The position numbers were made by a program, and so were the translations under genes. Positions 1 to 10,049 of a stretch of DNA of 64,000 nt are shown piece by piece. This stretch comes from Cyanobacteria bacterium P01_F01_bin.150 (GTDB lineage Bacteria > Cyanobacteriota > Cyanobacteriia > CAKZMO01). Every line of letters starts with the position of its first letter. Position 1 is the stretch's first letter. The notes beneath the pieces were generated by a model, which was not told the DNA's origin, did no database searches, and was given only the letters and a program-made list of their open reading frames with translations. The stretch lies in contig JBCCYL010000019.1 of NCBI GenBank assembly GCA_039189765.1, forward strand, positions 1-64,000, given 5' to 3'.

Positions 1-133
1 GAGTTGGGGAGTTGGGGAGTTGGGGAGTTGGGGAGTTGGGGAGTTGGGGAGTTGGGGAGTTGGGGAGTTGGGGAGTTGGGGAGTTGGGGAGTTGGGGAGT
101 TGGGGAGTTGGGGAGTTGGGGAGTTGGGGAGTT
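1..133. repeat. Tandem octamer repeat (GAGTTGGG)n, ~16 copies, runs off the window edge
   Basis: Directly visible perfect 8-bp periodicity; cyanobacterial STRR-like repeat. Confidence 0.95.
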
Positions 134-292
134 AGGGGGTTAGTTGCTTCTGTCTTGCCGCCAGAGATCTATGAAATCTCCCCCACTTTCAAAGAGGATG
201 GGGGAGTGTGCCCTAAATTAGTTCACAGGTGCAACGAGGCGGATATTGAAATTCCTTGTTAGCTGAGGAGTGATAAGAAGTTCGCTCCCACA

Positions 293-3200
293 CTATTGGG
301 ACTTACTAGGAATCGACCAGAATTTAATCTTGCCGACTGTTACTGGGAGCTGATCTGCAACATCAATGGTAAACCGATAGACTTTGCGCGATCGCCGCCC
401 ATTTTCGGGGTCAAAGAAGGTCAGTTTCACGTCCCAACAGTCGCTATTCATTCGACAGAACGGGCTTTTTTCCACCTCAATCGTATCGAGCTGGCGTTCG
501 TTGGCAATGGCTTCAGCAAAGGTCGTGGTGGCCTGGAAAATATTAGTGGTGGCAAAGTTGAGGGCGCGATCGCGAGATAGCTGACCCACATTATGCAAAT
601 CGTTGTACACCCGATTCAAAAAGCTAGTCAATGCTTGCCGCAAAAGGTTTTCATCGACTTCAGCATCTGTTTCCTCTCTATCTAAAACCGACGCCAGCGC
701 CGACTCCACCAACGCATTTACCGTCCATCCATACATCCCTCGTACATTACGCACCGTGACCACTGGGACAATCTCACCTGAAAACAGCTCGACCGTGCGA
801 TTAGTCCGACGGGCAGGGACGCTAATGCGTTCGACAAACTCCAGGCTAGTTGGCGGCTGTTGTTGGCCATTCAGCATGAGCAAGAACATCTCATAAATAT
901 CCGCTGCAAATGGCCCTTTGGGGTCTAGAGCATACACCGTATTTTGGTCCAAACTCAGGGTCCAAATTAAAGATTTCCCTTCTTCAGGATGACGATCCAG
1001 ATGTTCGATCATTTGCTGTACATCATAAGGATCGGGCGGCACCATCACACCGTTGAGTTCCACCGGGGCCATAAGCTGCTTAAAGCTATCCCGTCGAGTC
1101 TCATCGCCGAAGTCGTAGTTTAGAGTACCTAGGGCGTAGACGTGGCCGGAGTGGGCGGTGGAAGGGGTGATGGTGGAAGGGGAAGCGGAGGGGCGGAGGG
1201 GCGGAGGGGCGGAGGCAGGACGAGGGGACGAGGGGACGAGGGGATGGGGGGACGAGGGCGTTACTGTAGGCTGGGTTGAGGCACGAAACCCAACGGAAGC
1301 AGAAACAGCAGGCGCTATACCCTCTGCTCCCCCTCTCCCAGTCTCCCAGTCTCCCAGTCCCCCAGTCCCCCAGTCTCCCAGTCCCCCAGTCCCCCACTCT
1401 CCCCTCCGCTGAGTACGCACAACCTGATCGCCAGCAAACGAGACAGTAACAGATTCACCAAAAAGAATGCCCATGGCTCCGGGAAGGTTCACTTTACCCC
1501 GGAGGCAGCGTTCGGGTTCGGCGGTGTCTTCGGCGGTGCAGGGGATGGCGGTATTGAGGAGGGCCATGCGAATCGCTTCTGCATCGACGGGTTTGCCTTC
1601 CTGGAGTTGGAGGCTCATGAGCAGGGCGCAGAGGCCGCTCATCACTGGGGCGGACATGCTGGTGCCTTTGAGGCGGACGGGGTCTTCGTTGGCGGGTTGG
1701 GCACCGAGGATTTCACCGCCGGGGGCCATAATGCCTTCCAGTTCATTGTTGCCGCCCCAGTTGCTAAATTTGTAGGGGGTGCCATCGGGTTTGAGTGCAC
1801 CGACGGAGAGGACGCCGGGTAAAGATGCGGGCATGCACCAGCATTCGCCTTTGTTGTTGCCTGCGGGAGCCACAATCAAAATATTGTTGTCCTGACATTT
1901 CTTCAGTGCCTGCATCAACAGTTCTTCGCCTTCACCCGTTTGGGTAGGCCGACAGGCTGCACAGTGGATAATATTTGCGCCCAGGTCTAAGGCCAGTTCA
2001 AAGGCACGGGCTAGGTTGAGGGGAGAGATAAATTCTTCGTCCTCGCCTGTGGTATTCAGTGGCACGTTGATGGCGGTACAGTTAGGGGCTAAGCCAGGGG
2101 AGGGGGTATTTTCCTGGCCCACCATGGTGCTGGTAATGTGGCAGGCGTGGTTGTCACCACGGATGCGTTTTAAGGTGGCTTCAGAAAAGGTGGCTTTGAG
2201 GACTTCGGCTTTTTCGTCCTTCTCTAAATTGTCGTTATTATCAATTTCCTGATACTTGAGGTAGTCTTCAACGGCGACTGGCTCAGTCTTTTCGTGCCAG
2301 TAGGGGAAAACTTTGGAAATATTGCCGCCCTGGAAGCAAGAGAGGCTGTGGTCAGGGTTGCCGTCGAGGATAACGAGGGTGATGCGAGGGTCGCCGAGGG
2401 TGCGATCGCGCAGGTCGCTGAGGCCGGGGATGCGATCGTCGAGGTCGTGGGGGTGTTGGGGGACGGGGGGATGGGGGGATGGGGAGACGGGGGGGCTAGG
2501 GGGCGGAGGGGCGGAGGGGGTGATGGCTGTGGGTTGGGTGGAGGAAGGAAACTCAACGGGGGCAGAGGGGCAGAGGGGCAGAGGGGCGGAGGGAGTAGCT
2601 ATGGCGATCGCCTCTACTTCCTCTGACATACCAACGTTTACCCCTACAGGGATAGCATCATCACCATCGATCAGATCAACGGTAGAGTCCGAAACCTGGA
2701 CCTCCCCATTCTTAATATCTGCCTCCCCTGCTCCCCTGCTCCCCTGCTCCCCTGCTCCCCTGCTCCCCTGCCCACTGGCTTCTACCTTAGAGTTAGGCAG
2801 AGAACCCAGCATAAACTCACCGACGGAGGATTCGACGATGTAGTCTAGACCAGTGGCTTGGGCAAAGCGATCGCTATCCCCTGCCCCTAATGAACGGGGC
2901 GCGAGTCCCATATTGGTGGCCACCAAATAAAGATTTTGATAGAGTACTCCCACATGCTTGAGCACCAGGGCATAGGCTAGGGAGCGATACTTGCGGAATA
3001 AACGACCGAACCGGGCAGTTATGACCAGCAATACCTGCGGGATGCCTTGCTCTCCACTGGACTGATGGGCATCGGTAATCAAAGCGCTGATATCAGCGTC
3101 TGAGGCATCCAGTTGGGCCAGGTGGTGGTTGAGGGGATCGTAATGATAGAGTCCTGGGTTGACCCCGTTGCAGCGACGGACCACCGGATAAATTTCCAGT

Positions 3201-4255
3201 TCGTACATGGCTCCCCCACAAGGATAGGGGCGGCGGGTTAGGTCGCCCCATTCAAAGTCAGGACCAAACTGTTGTTTAAGCAGTTCGGCTTGATCGGTGT
3301 CCAGCGTATAAATTTCCTTGACACGGGCAGTGCGGTAAAGCAGCTCACTGAGCTGGTCGATGGTGATGGGATGGTGGTCGTCGTACTCGCGGATAGATTC
3401 CCGTTTTTCGATGGCGGTGGTGAGGGTTTTATCGTGCTGGCGAATAGCGTCAATACTGAGCTGGGGCAGGGGTACAATCTGACCACTCATGGGAGGCTTG
3501 ACCACAGGAAAATCAGACCAGATATCCAGGCTTCCTTCTATGTCTCCGGTGGGATAATCGTGGCGACCCTGGCGGCTGCGGCTATGGAATAGGAGATTGT
3601 GGAAGTCCCAAAGCTTTAGGGCAGTAGATTCAGCTTCAACGGTGAGGAATCCAGTGGCCCAGAGGAGATTGAGAAACTGGTAGGCGGTTTCTGGGCCGAT
3701 TTGAGGCGGTGGCGTGAGCTGGCGCAGGGACTGGGGCTGGGCGAGTTGGGCCAAGACCGCGCTGGCTCTCCAATCCAGTAGTTTCACTCGATATTTCGAC
3801 AGGGGTGATTCCAAGACCATTGCCCCTTTATGGCTGTGCTGATAGGCAAACCGCGACAGACAGACTTCAGCATTGCTCCAGTGGGGAGCAGTGAGATTAA
3901 GCTGAGCGGTTTCCACCATGGGAATGGCGGTGGCGAGGGGCAAGACCGAGTAGTTTAACCAGCCCCGCTGATCCAATTGCTGGAGAGTGACGGCAAATTC
4001 TTCCCCTGTGGCAGTACCATCTCGCTGGCTTAAGGCTTGGACCAAGGCATCCGTGGTGGCATTGCCCTCTTGCAGTTGAGCGAGAATATCTCCCATGCCC
4101 GTTGCCGCTGGCAGAGTTAGCATGAAGCCATGATTTGGAGCCGCCTCACCAGGGGATGGGCGATCGCTGCCCCCATGACTCAAGATATACCCATTATCAT
4201 TGGTACTCACTTGAATTGTAGAGTTAAGGGAAACCGCAAACGGATAAACAGGCAT
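293..4255 (-). CDS. patG: Cyanobactin PatG-type protein: azoline oxidase + subtilisin-like macrocyclase + C-terminal DUF
   Basis: SagB/ThcOx-type oxidase motifs (RRPYPCGGAMYELEIY, FRKYRSLAY); S8 protease triad D(ILDG)/H(HACHITS)/S(GTSMSAP) with helical insertion before HACH as in PatG macrocyclases; C-terminal PatA/PatG DUF (KSPFCRMNSDCWDVKLTFFDPEN). Confidence 0.95.
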   Translation of the reverse strand: MPVYPFAVSLNSTIQVSTNDNGYILSHGGSDRPSPGEAAPNHGFMLTLPAATGMGDILAQLQEGNATTDALVQALSQRDGTATGEEFAVTLQQLDQRGWLNYSVLPLATAIPMVETAQLNLTAPHWSNAEVCLSRFAYQHSHKGAMVLESPLSKYRVKLLDWRASAVLAQLAQPQSLRQLTPPPQIGPETAYQFLNLLWATGFLTVEAESTALKLWDFHNLLFHSRSRQGRHDYPTGDIEGSLDIWSDFPVVKPPMSGQIVPLPQLSIDAIRQHDKTLTTAIEKRESIREYDDHHPITIDQLSELLYRTARVKEIYTLDTDQAELLKQQFGPDFEWGDLTRRPYPCGGAMYELEIYPVVRRCNGVNPGLYHYDPLNHHLAQLDASDADISALITDAHQSSGEQGIPQVLLVITARFGRLFRKYRSLAYALVLKHVGVLYQNLYLVATNMGLAPRSLGAGDSDRFAQATGLDYIVESSVGEFMLGSLPNSKVEASGQGSRGAGEQGSRGAGEADIKNGEVQVSDSTVDLIDGDDAIPVGVNVGMSEEVEAIAIATPSAPLPLCPSAPVEFPSSTQPTAITPSAPPPPSPPVSPSPHPPVPQHPHDLDDRIPGLSDLRDRTLGDPRITLVILDGNPDHSLSCFQGGNISKVFPYWHEKTEPVAVEDYLKYQEIDNNDNLEKDEKAEVLKATFSEATLKRIRGDNHACHITSTMVGQENTPSPGLAPNCTAINVPLNTTGEDEEFISPLNLARAFELALDLGANIIHCAACRPTQTGEGEELLMQALKKCQDNNILIVAPAGNNKGECWCMPASLPGVLSVGALKPDGTPYKFSNWGGNNELEGIMAPGGEILGAQPANEDPVRLKGTSMSAPVMSGLCALLMSLQLQEGKPVDAEAIRMALLNTAIPCTAEDTAEPERCLRGKVNLPGAMGILFGESVTVSFAGDQVVRTQRRGEWGTGGLGDWGTGGLGDWETGRGGAEGIAPAVSASVGFRASTQPTVTPSSPHPLVPSSPRPASAPPPLRPSASPSTITPSTAHSGHVYALGTLNYDFGDETRRDSFKQLMAPVELNGVMVPPDPYDVQQMIEHLDRHPEEGKSLIWTLSLDQNTVYALDPKGPFAADIYEMFLLMLNGQQQPPTSLEFVERISVPARRTNRTVELFSGEIVPVVTVRNVRGMYGWTVNALVESALASVLDREETDAEVDENLLRQALTSFLNRVYNDLHNVGQLSRDRALNFATTNIFQATTTFAEAIANERQLDTIEVEKSPFCRMNSDCWDVKLTFFDPENGRRSRKVYRFTIDVADQLPVTVGKIKFWSIPSKSQ
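1266..1294. repeat. GTAG-type REP-like palindrome inside a patG linker
   Basis: GTAGGCTGGGTTGAGGCACGAAACCCAAC; degenerate second copy near 2527-2557. Confidence 0.6.
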
Positions 4256-4276
4256 GATGGTTAAGGGAGTAAAAGG

Positions 4277-5053
4277 ATGACAGCCGCAATCGGAGAAATT
4301 ATTAGAAATGGAATAGTATTTGATGTTAAAAATTGGACAAAATCAACGTCACCTGAACAAGATTTTTTACAAACTGCTGATGCTATTTTTGATGTCCTAA
4401 AACAACGGGATATTAACTACTTATTGGTTGGAGGGGTCGCTCTATTAAGTTATGTCGATGGCCGCAATACATAGGATATTGATTTGATTTTAGACCGATC
4501 TGATCTTGACTCCGTTCCTGAAATTAGTGTTAAGAATGAAAACAAAGATTTTATTCATAGCACCTTTGAACAACTACAGGTTGATATTTTACTAACTCAA
4601 AATAAACTGTTTAGATATATTTTAGAAAAATTTTCGTCTGCAAGAAAATTTGGCGATCGCACCGTCCAATGTGTCACTGTTGAGGGACTTTTGATTCTGA
4701 AGTGCTATGCATTACCCTCTCTTTACCGACAGGGAAATTTTAGCCGAGCCAGTATCTACGAAAATGACATCTTGTTACTCCTCTTAAACTATGACGTTAA
4801 GCCTAAAACTATTCTCTCTCAATTGTCTGGCCATCTTTTACCCACTGACTTAAAAGAAGTTAAAGATATTTTGAGTGATATTCAATCCCGAATTCGGCGT
4901 TTTTCTCAACAACAGAGGGCGATGGGGGGATGGGGAGACAGGGAGATGGGGGGACGGGGAGATGGGGGGAACAAGGGGACGGGGAATATCGATAATCAGT
5001 TCATATACACTATTTTGTGCTACCCTGGACATCAGAATTTAGGAACACGATAA
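4277..5053 (+). pseudogene. Nucleotidyltransferase-family gene interrupted by an in-frame TAG
   Basis: ORFs 4277-4474 and 4484-5053 are in the same frame; joined they read LVGGVAL...GRNT*DIDL, the GG..R.T.DID nucleotidyltransferase motif split by the stop at 4472-4474. Confidence 0.75.
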
Positions 5054-5096
5054 TAATGGTAAGTAAGCAATAGATTTGATTTAGTCAAGAGGCGAT

Positions 5097-5399
5097 ATGG
5101 CACAAACACTGATTGATATCGGTAGCTTGATTACATCCAACCCTAAAATTCAGGGAGGACGCCCTATTGTGGTGGGCACTGGAACCACAGTTGGGCGTAT
5201 TGTGACTCTCTATAAACAGGGATATAGCGCAGATGATATTGTGGCTGACAAGGATTACTTAACCCTGGCACAGGTGTATGCGGCTCTTGCTTACTACCAT
5301 GCCAACCCCCAAGCCATCGAGACAGATCTGACTGAAGAAGCAGTGGAATATGATCGATTGGTCAAGCTTAAAAATGATTCAACCTCCGTATTTTCATGA
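5097..5399 (+). CDS. DUF433-family antitoxin
   Basis: ITSNPKIQGGRPIVVGT...LTLAQVYAALAYY signature; overlaps next gene (ATGA). Confidence 0.9.
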   Translation: MAQTLIDIGSLITSNPKIQGGRPIVVGTGTTVGRIVTLYKQGYSADDIVADKDYLTLAQVYAALAYYHANPQAIETDLTEEAVEYDRLVKLKNDSTSVFS

Positions 5400-5761
5400 C
5401 AGAAATTTGCTTGTATCTCGACGAAGATGCTACCAGCAATCGATTACTCAGATCACTGCGTAGTCGTGGTGCCAATGTGTTATCAACAGTTGAGGCTGAT
5501 ATGTTATCGCAACCCGATGAAAAGCAATTGGAATGGGCGTTGGCAAATAGGCGAGTCATTTACAGTTTCAATGTGAGAGATTTTTATCGATTACACACAG
5601 AGTGGTTAACAGAAGAAAAACAACACGCAGGAATTATCCTTAGTAAACAATCTCTTTCTATTGGCGATCAGGTCAAAGGATTACTAAAGCTTATTGCGAC
5701 GAAATCAGCGGAGGAGTTGGAAAGCCAGGTAGAATTTTTAAGTGCATGGATCAATCAGTAA
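5396..5761 (+). CDS. DUF5615/PIN-like toxin
   Basis: LYLDED, PDEKQLEWA..RVIYSFNVRDF, HAGII motifs; translationally coupled to DUF433. Confidence 0.85.
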   Translation: MTEICLYLDEDATSNRLLRSLRSRGANVLSTVEADMLSQPDEKQLEWALANRRVIYSFNVRDFYRLHTEWLTEEKQHAGIILSKQSLSIGDQVKGLLKLIATKSAEELESQVEFLSAWINQ

Positions 5762-5818
5762 ATCATCATCAACGCTCTCCAAAATCCCCCAGTCTCCCAC
5801 TCCCCCACTCCCCCACTC

Positions 5819-8185
5819 CTAAAACGGCATTGCCATAGAATTCATCTCCGCTTCAGTTGTTGGGGTATCGAGCCAACCCAGTTGCACGGGCACATCGTAA
5901 AGGCGACCGGGACCAAAGCGAGACCAGAAATGGCGCATTCCAGGCACGATGACTTTGACTACGTTTAGACCGATATCGGGGCGGGTTTGATCCAGCACTA
6001 GGGTTTCTAAGCCTGCTGCGCGGACAATATTGACGCAGGTCATGACATCGTCGCGGATGTCATTGCCCCAGCGTTTGGGATAGTCGGCCACGGTTTTGAG
6101 GGGCTGATCGGGGTCGGGGGCTAGATAGGGCTGGTTCTCCAGGGTGGCCTCTAGGAGCCAGGTTTTGGCATCGCCGTCGAGTTGGTCATCGGGGACTTTA
6201 TCTAGCTCTAGGCCCAGTTGGTTGACTTCGGTGAGGGCGCGAAGCACGGCGATGGTGGGATCGAGGTGTGCGCCAAAGCCGAGGATTAGCCGCTCGGAGT
6301 CGCCGACGAGGCGTTGGGAGACTCCGGCAAAAGCAGGAATGCCGAGGTCGGCGGTGAGATCCAGGACCCACAGTTTGCGATCGTTGTCGGCATAGAACTG
6401 CTGCAATTCGAGGAAATAGGGTTCGTCAAAACTGGTGAGGTCCACCGCAGGACGACGCAGGCGGTTATACCACCATAGGGCCACCGCATCGCGCTCGACT
6501 AGTTCCATAAACCCTTGTAAAATTGCTTCTTCCAGGGTGTTTCCGGCGGCGTTGCCGTTGGAGTCGGCTTTACAGAATTTCTGACCTTTGGGCAGGGGAT
6601 AGTCGTAGTAACAAAAGGCGGTGGGCAAATATTTATGGTGCTGTTCGGTGAGGGACCAAACGGGGGTCCAATCGATGGATTGGGATGGATCGAAGCGTTG
6701 GGATACCCAATCGTGGGCCGCTTGGCGATTTTGGTTAACCTCCTTACGGTTGGCATATTGGTCGTCGCTAAAACAGAGGCACACTTCGGGGTTGATGGCG
6801 CGATCGCCCAACTCTCCCAATGTCGCCCGCGTCTTCGGTTCGTCCCCCTGATAAATGCCGGAATAGCGCTCCACCGCTTCACAGAACCCGCTGGCCTGGG
6901 ACTGCTGATCGGTTTTGCCCTTGCCGGAGCTTTTATGCTTGAGGTTACTGCGCAGACCCCGCAGGGAGGTGGCGCTGCCAAAGCTATGGCCTGCGCTGTA
7001 GGTATGCACCAGGGGATTGGCCGGATCGGAGACGCGCACTAGATTGGTGACGATACCGGAAATCGGGCTAATCAGATGTTTGTAGGTTTCGACGGTTTGG
7101 CTGGGGGTAACGGCCCGGTGGCCACCGTCGCGGGTATAGTGCTTTTGGCGAGATTCTAGTTTGAGGGGCAGGAAGCCTCGCTCTTGGAGTAAATTGGCAT
7201 TGCCACAGCAGGGGCACTGGGGCCGATGGGGCAGGGCATGGGTTTGGATGTCGAGGGTGGTTTGATTAAAGGTGCGAATATTGCCTTCTAATGTGGGAAT
7301 GGACCCATCACAGTCCTCTACTTTCACCAACCACTTGGCAATTTCCGTCGCTGCTAACTGCAATCCAGTCTGCAACGTAGACGGCAGAGTGGCCCGTGCG
7401 GTGGGGAGACAGCCCACCAGATCGAGCCGTGAGGGAACGGGGGTGCTGCCGTTGGTGCCCTGTTCCTGGGCGCGCTGCTGCCGTAGTTTTTGGCGCAGCA
7501 CCGAGGTTTCCACTTCGCGATTGCCCCGAAGTCGCTGGTTGAGGCATTGCCAACAGCCCGTTTCTCCAGGGACAAAAATCGGCCCCAACCACACTACGCT
7601 GCCCATGGGTTTTATCAGCAGCCACGGTTGTTGAGCGTCTAATGCTTGTTGATCAATCTCCGCCAGCTCTGGTTGCAGATAATCATCGGTAATCACGACG
7701 TTGAGCGTTGGGGAGTTGGGAGTTGGGGAGTTGGGAGTTGGAGCGTCAGTGTTCTGCACCTGCACGCCAATATTCTGTAAGGCAGCGGTCAGAGTTGCCA
7801 AGGTTTGATCATTAATGCTGTTCCCCACCACCGTTAGCGTCACTCGTTGTTCTCGTAAGGCATGGGCGGCAGTGGTGGGCGATACTCCCAGCTCTGTCCA
7901 AAAGGCGGCGATTTCTGGCGATAATTCGGGGACCGCTTCCGTTAGATAGCCCTTCTCGTTTAAGCGATTAAGGACAAAATCAATATAGTCAGGAGGAACG
8001 TCTCCATCGAGGATTTTAACAATATCATCTAAAGTATTTTTTCCGTCAAGCAGGGGCAGGATTTGGCAGTAAAGCTGTCCGGTGAGGGCGTGGCTGGCCT
8101 GTTCGCTGAGGAGATAGACCTGCTTGGGTTCGATAATCTCAACGCGATAGTGGGGTTTGATTTGGGGAATGGTGGTTGGGTTCAT
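5819..8185 (-). CDS. patD: Cyanobactin heterocyclase (PatD/TruD family; leader-binding/E1-like + YcaO)
   Basis: N-terminus PQIKPHYRVEIIEPKQVYLL; YcaO motifs SGKGKT, EAVERYSG, SNGNAAGNTLEEAILQGFMELVERDA; C-terminal MPF. Confidence 0.95.
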   Translation of the reverse strand: MNPTTIPQIKPHYRVEIIEPKQVYLLSEQASHALTGQLYCQILPLLDGKNTLDDIVKILDGDVPPDYIDFVLNRLNEKGYLTEAVPELSPEIAAFWTELGVSPTTAAHALREQRVTLTVVGNSINDQTLATLTAALQNIGVQVQNTDAPTPNSPTPNSPTLNVVITDDYLQPELAEIDQQALDAQQPWLLIKPMGSVVWLGPIFVPGETGCWQCLNQRLRGNREVETSVLRQKLRQQRAQEQGTNGSTPVPSRLDLVGCLPTARATLPSTLQTGLQLAATEIAKWLVKVEDCDGSIPTLEGNIRTFNQTTLDIQTHALPHRPQCPCCGNANLLQERGFLPLKLESRQKHYTRDGGHRAVTPSQTVETYKHLISPISGIVTNLVRVSDPANPLVHTYSAGHSFGSATSLRGLRSNLKHKSSGKGKTDQQSQASGFCEAVERYSGIYQGDEPKTRATLGELGDRAINPEVCLCFSDDQYANRKEVNQNRQAAHDWVSQRFDPSQSIDWTPVWSLTEQHHKYLPTAFCYYDYPLPKGQKFCKADSNGNAAGNTLEEAILQGFMELVERDAVALWWYNRLRRPAVDLTSFDEPYFLELQQFYADNDRKLWVLDLTADLGIPAFAGVSQRLVGDSERLILGFGAHLDPTIAVLRALTEVNQLGLELDKVPDDQLDGDAKTWLLEATLENQPYLAPDPDQPLKTVADYPKRWGNDIRDDVMTCVNIVRAAGLETLVLDQTRPDIGLNVVKVIVPGMRHFWSRFGPGRLYDVPVQLGWLDTPTTEAEMNSMAMPF

Positions 8186-8257
8186 TTTGGTTGTTTGTTA
8201 TGTTTCGGGATGGGGAGACGGGGGGACGGGGAGACGGGGGGACGGGGAGCAGATTGC

Positions 8258-8288
8258 GTAGGGTGCATTAGCGACAGCGTAATGCACC
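8258..8288. repeat. GTAG-type REP-like hairpin between precursor E1 and patD
   Basis: GTAG-GGTGCATTA-gcgacagcg-TAATGCACC. Confidence 0.7.
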
Positions 8289-8308
8289 TTTTTGGCTATG
8301 TCGTGCAA

Positions 8309-8491
8309 CTACTCGTCATCTCCGTCGAAAGAACATTGCTGTTGGTTGGAACATGCTCCCTGGTTGGCTGGTCGCACACCCGCGCCACTAAGAGTGTCTT
8401 CTGAAAGCTCTAGCAACTCGCTGGGCAATTGCCCCGTGGGGATACGAGCAACGGGCTTTTTGGGATTAGGTGTAATTGTTTTCTTGTTCAT
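8309..8491 (-). CDS. patE: Cyanobactin precursor peptide E1 (probable core NQGACSNQQQC)
   Basis: Leader MNKKTITPNPKKPVARIPTGQLPSELLELSEDTL, RSII-like GVRPA, follower SFDGDDE; start taken at the MNKK ATG with a GGAGAG RBS. Confidence 0.92.
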   Translation of the reverse strand: MNKKTITPNPKKPVARIPTGQLPSELLELSEDTLSGAGVRPANQGACSNQQQCSFDGDDE

Positions 8492-8542
8492 GGGATTTCT
8501 CTCCATTCAAGCTTGATTGATAACAATATTGACAATAATTAT

Positions 8543-9895
8543 GGTTCATCAGGAGAAAGTATGCCTAATCAATATCTAAATGCCAACACATTAAGCACCT
8601 TAACCGGAAATTGCCAAAGTTTCTGAAACCATAACCGAGTCGTTTTATCAACTTCAACCTATTATTTAGTCCTTCCACTACTCCACTCGTTGTCCGAGTC
8701 TCAAAGTAAGCCGTTATTTCTGAAAACCAACGGTAAAGTGTTCCAATGCTATCCTTAAACGTCTCTTGGGCATCTTCCATCCAATCCATTAAGGCTAATG
8801 CACCATTCGTCCAATCATAATGATTGTCGAATATTTTTCTGAAATCTTCTCTTTGCTGATGCATTTCCGCTAGTAGTGGAAATGCTCTCTTTACCTCGAC
8901 TAACTTATCTTTCTGCTTATCCGTCAAGTTCTCTTCTGGCTTAATCAACGCATACTTACTGCCTTTAAGAATATCTTCTAAACGCGCTCTCTCCTTTTCA
9001 TCTTTAATATCTTGCAATCCTTTCTTCTCTGAAATTCTTGCCTTATTTAGCTCATCATTAATGATCTTAGAAACATGAAATCTATCCGCCACTATTTCCG
9101 CATTAGGCATCCGCTTTTTTACTAAAGTTCGATAGTTACCTGTTAAATCTATACTGACTTCCTTAATTTGGCTGAGAATCCCATCTTCCCAAGTGTCTAG
9201 CTCTTTATTGATGGCGGCATGCGTTCGACCTTCAATCAACCCAATGACTTCATTTCTATCTAGATCAACGATGACAACTACATAATCTTTATGTCCCTTT
9301 CTTAACGCAATTTCATCTATCCCTATCCGTCTTAAATTGCTAAGGTCAAAGTTCCATTTTTTTTACTCATGTATTCCAACATAGATTCAACAACGTCATC
9401 CGTAACATGATTATGTTTGGCGACGTTATGAATATCTCCATGAATCAGCTCCTTAATCACCTTCTCCGCCAAACGGTTTGTATATTGTCTGCGTTCTCCA
9501 ATAAACTCTAATGATTCACTAAAGGGTTTCTTGCATGTTTTACATTTGAATTGACGACGGTTATATCTAATAAAGACATCCTGTCCGCTGATCGGTAAAT
9601 CCTGGGCAAGATGGCAATGATTTTGGTGAACACTTCTACTGATTTTTCCACAGTGAGGGCAGGTAGCTTCTCGACTTAAATGACGAATTTCTAGAGCAAT
9701 AAAGTCACCATCATTCCGATATCCTGTAACCTCTACTCCCTCTATATTCAGTAATTCTGTTAATAATGAAATCATTCGTGGAATACTCACATATTATTTT
9801 TTAACATGCCAACTATTATAATAGTTGGACCTCCTCTCTTAAAAGGGATACAGCTATTTCAGAGGGAATTTAAGCATAGCAGGTACTGATGAGCC
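8543..9895 (-). mobile_element. ISL3-family insertion sequence, 1353 bp
   Basis: Imperfect terminal IRs GGTTCATCAG..TATGCCTAA / GGCTCATCAG..TATGCTTAA; 8-bp target duplication ATAATTAT at 8535-8542 and 9896-9903. Confidence 0.92.
8565..9790 (-). CDS. ISL3 transposase in two frames joined by a -1 shift at an A8 run (~9357-9364)
   Basis: Zn-finger CPHC/CKTC in ORF 9332-9790; shifted frame reads KWNFDLSNLRRIGIDEIALRKGH into ORF 8565-9239 with SIDL, ADRFHV, EGLNNRLKLIKRLGYGFRNF. Confidence 0.88.
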
Positions 9896-10049
9896 ATAAT
9901 TATTTAGGACGATCGCTTAATGATGCAGAAGATTGGTCCATGTTAAGACGATATTATGAATATTTTCGTGAAAATACACAACACAAAAGTCACAATATTT
10001 TAAGTTAAAAAGTTAAGCCAAAATAACAGAAAAAGCAACAAAACTAGCA

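Noticed and set aside
20..262. 80-aa ORF with GSWGVGEL repeats
   Set aside because: Translation of the octamer repeat; no evidence of a real gene
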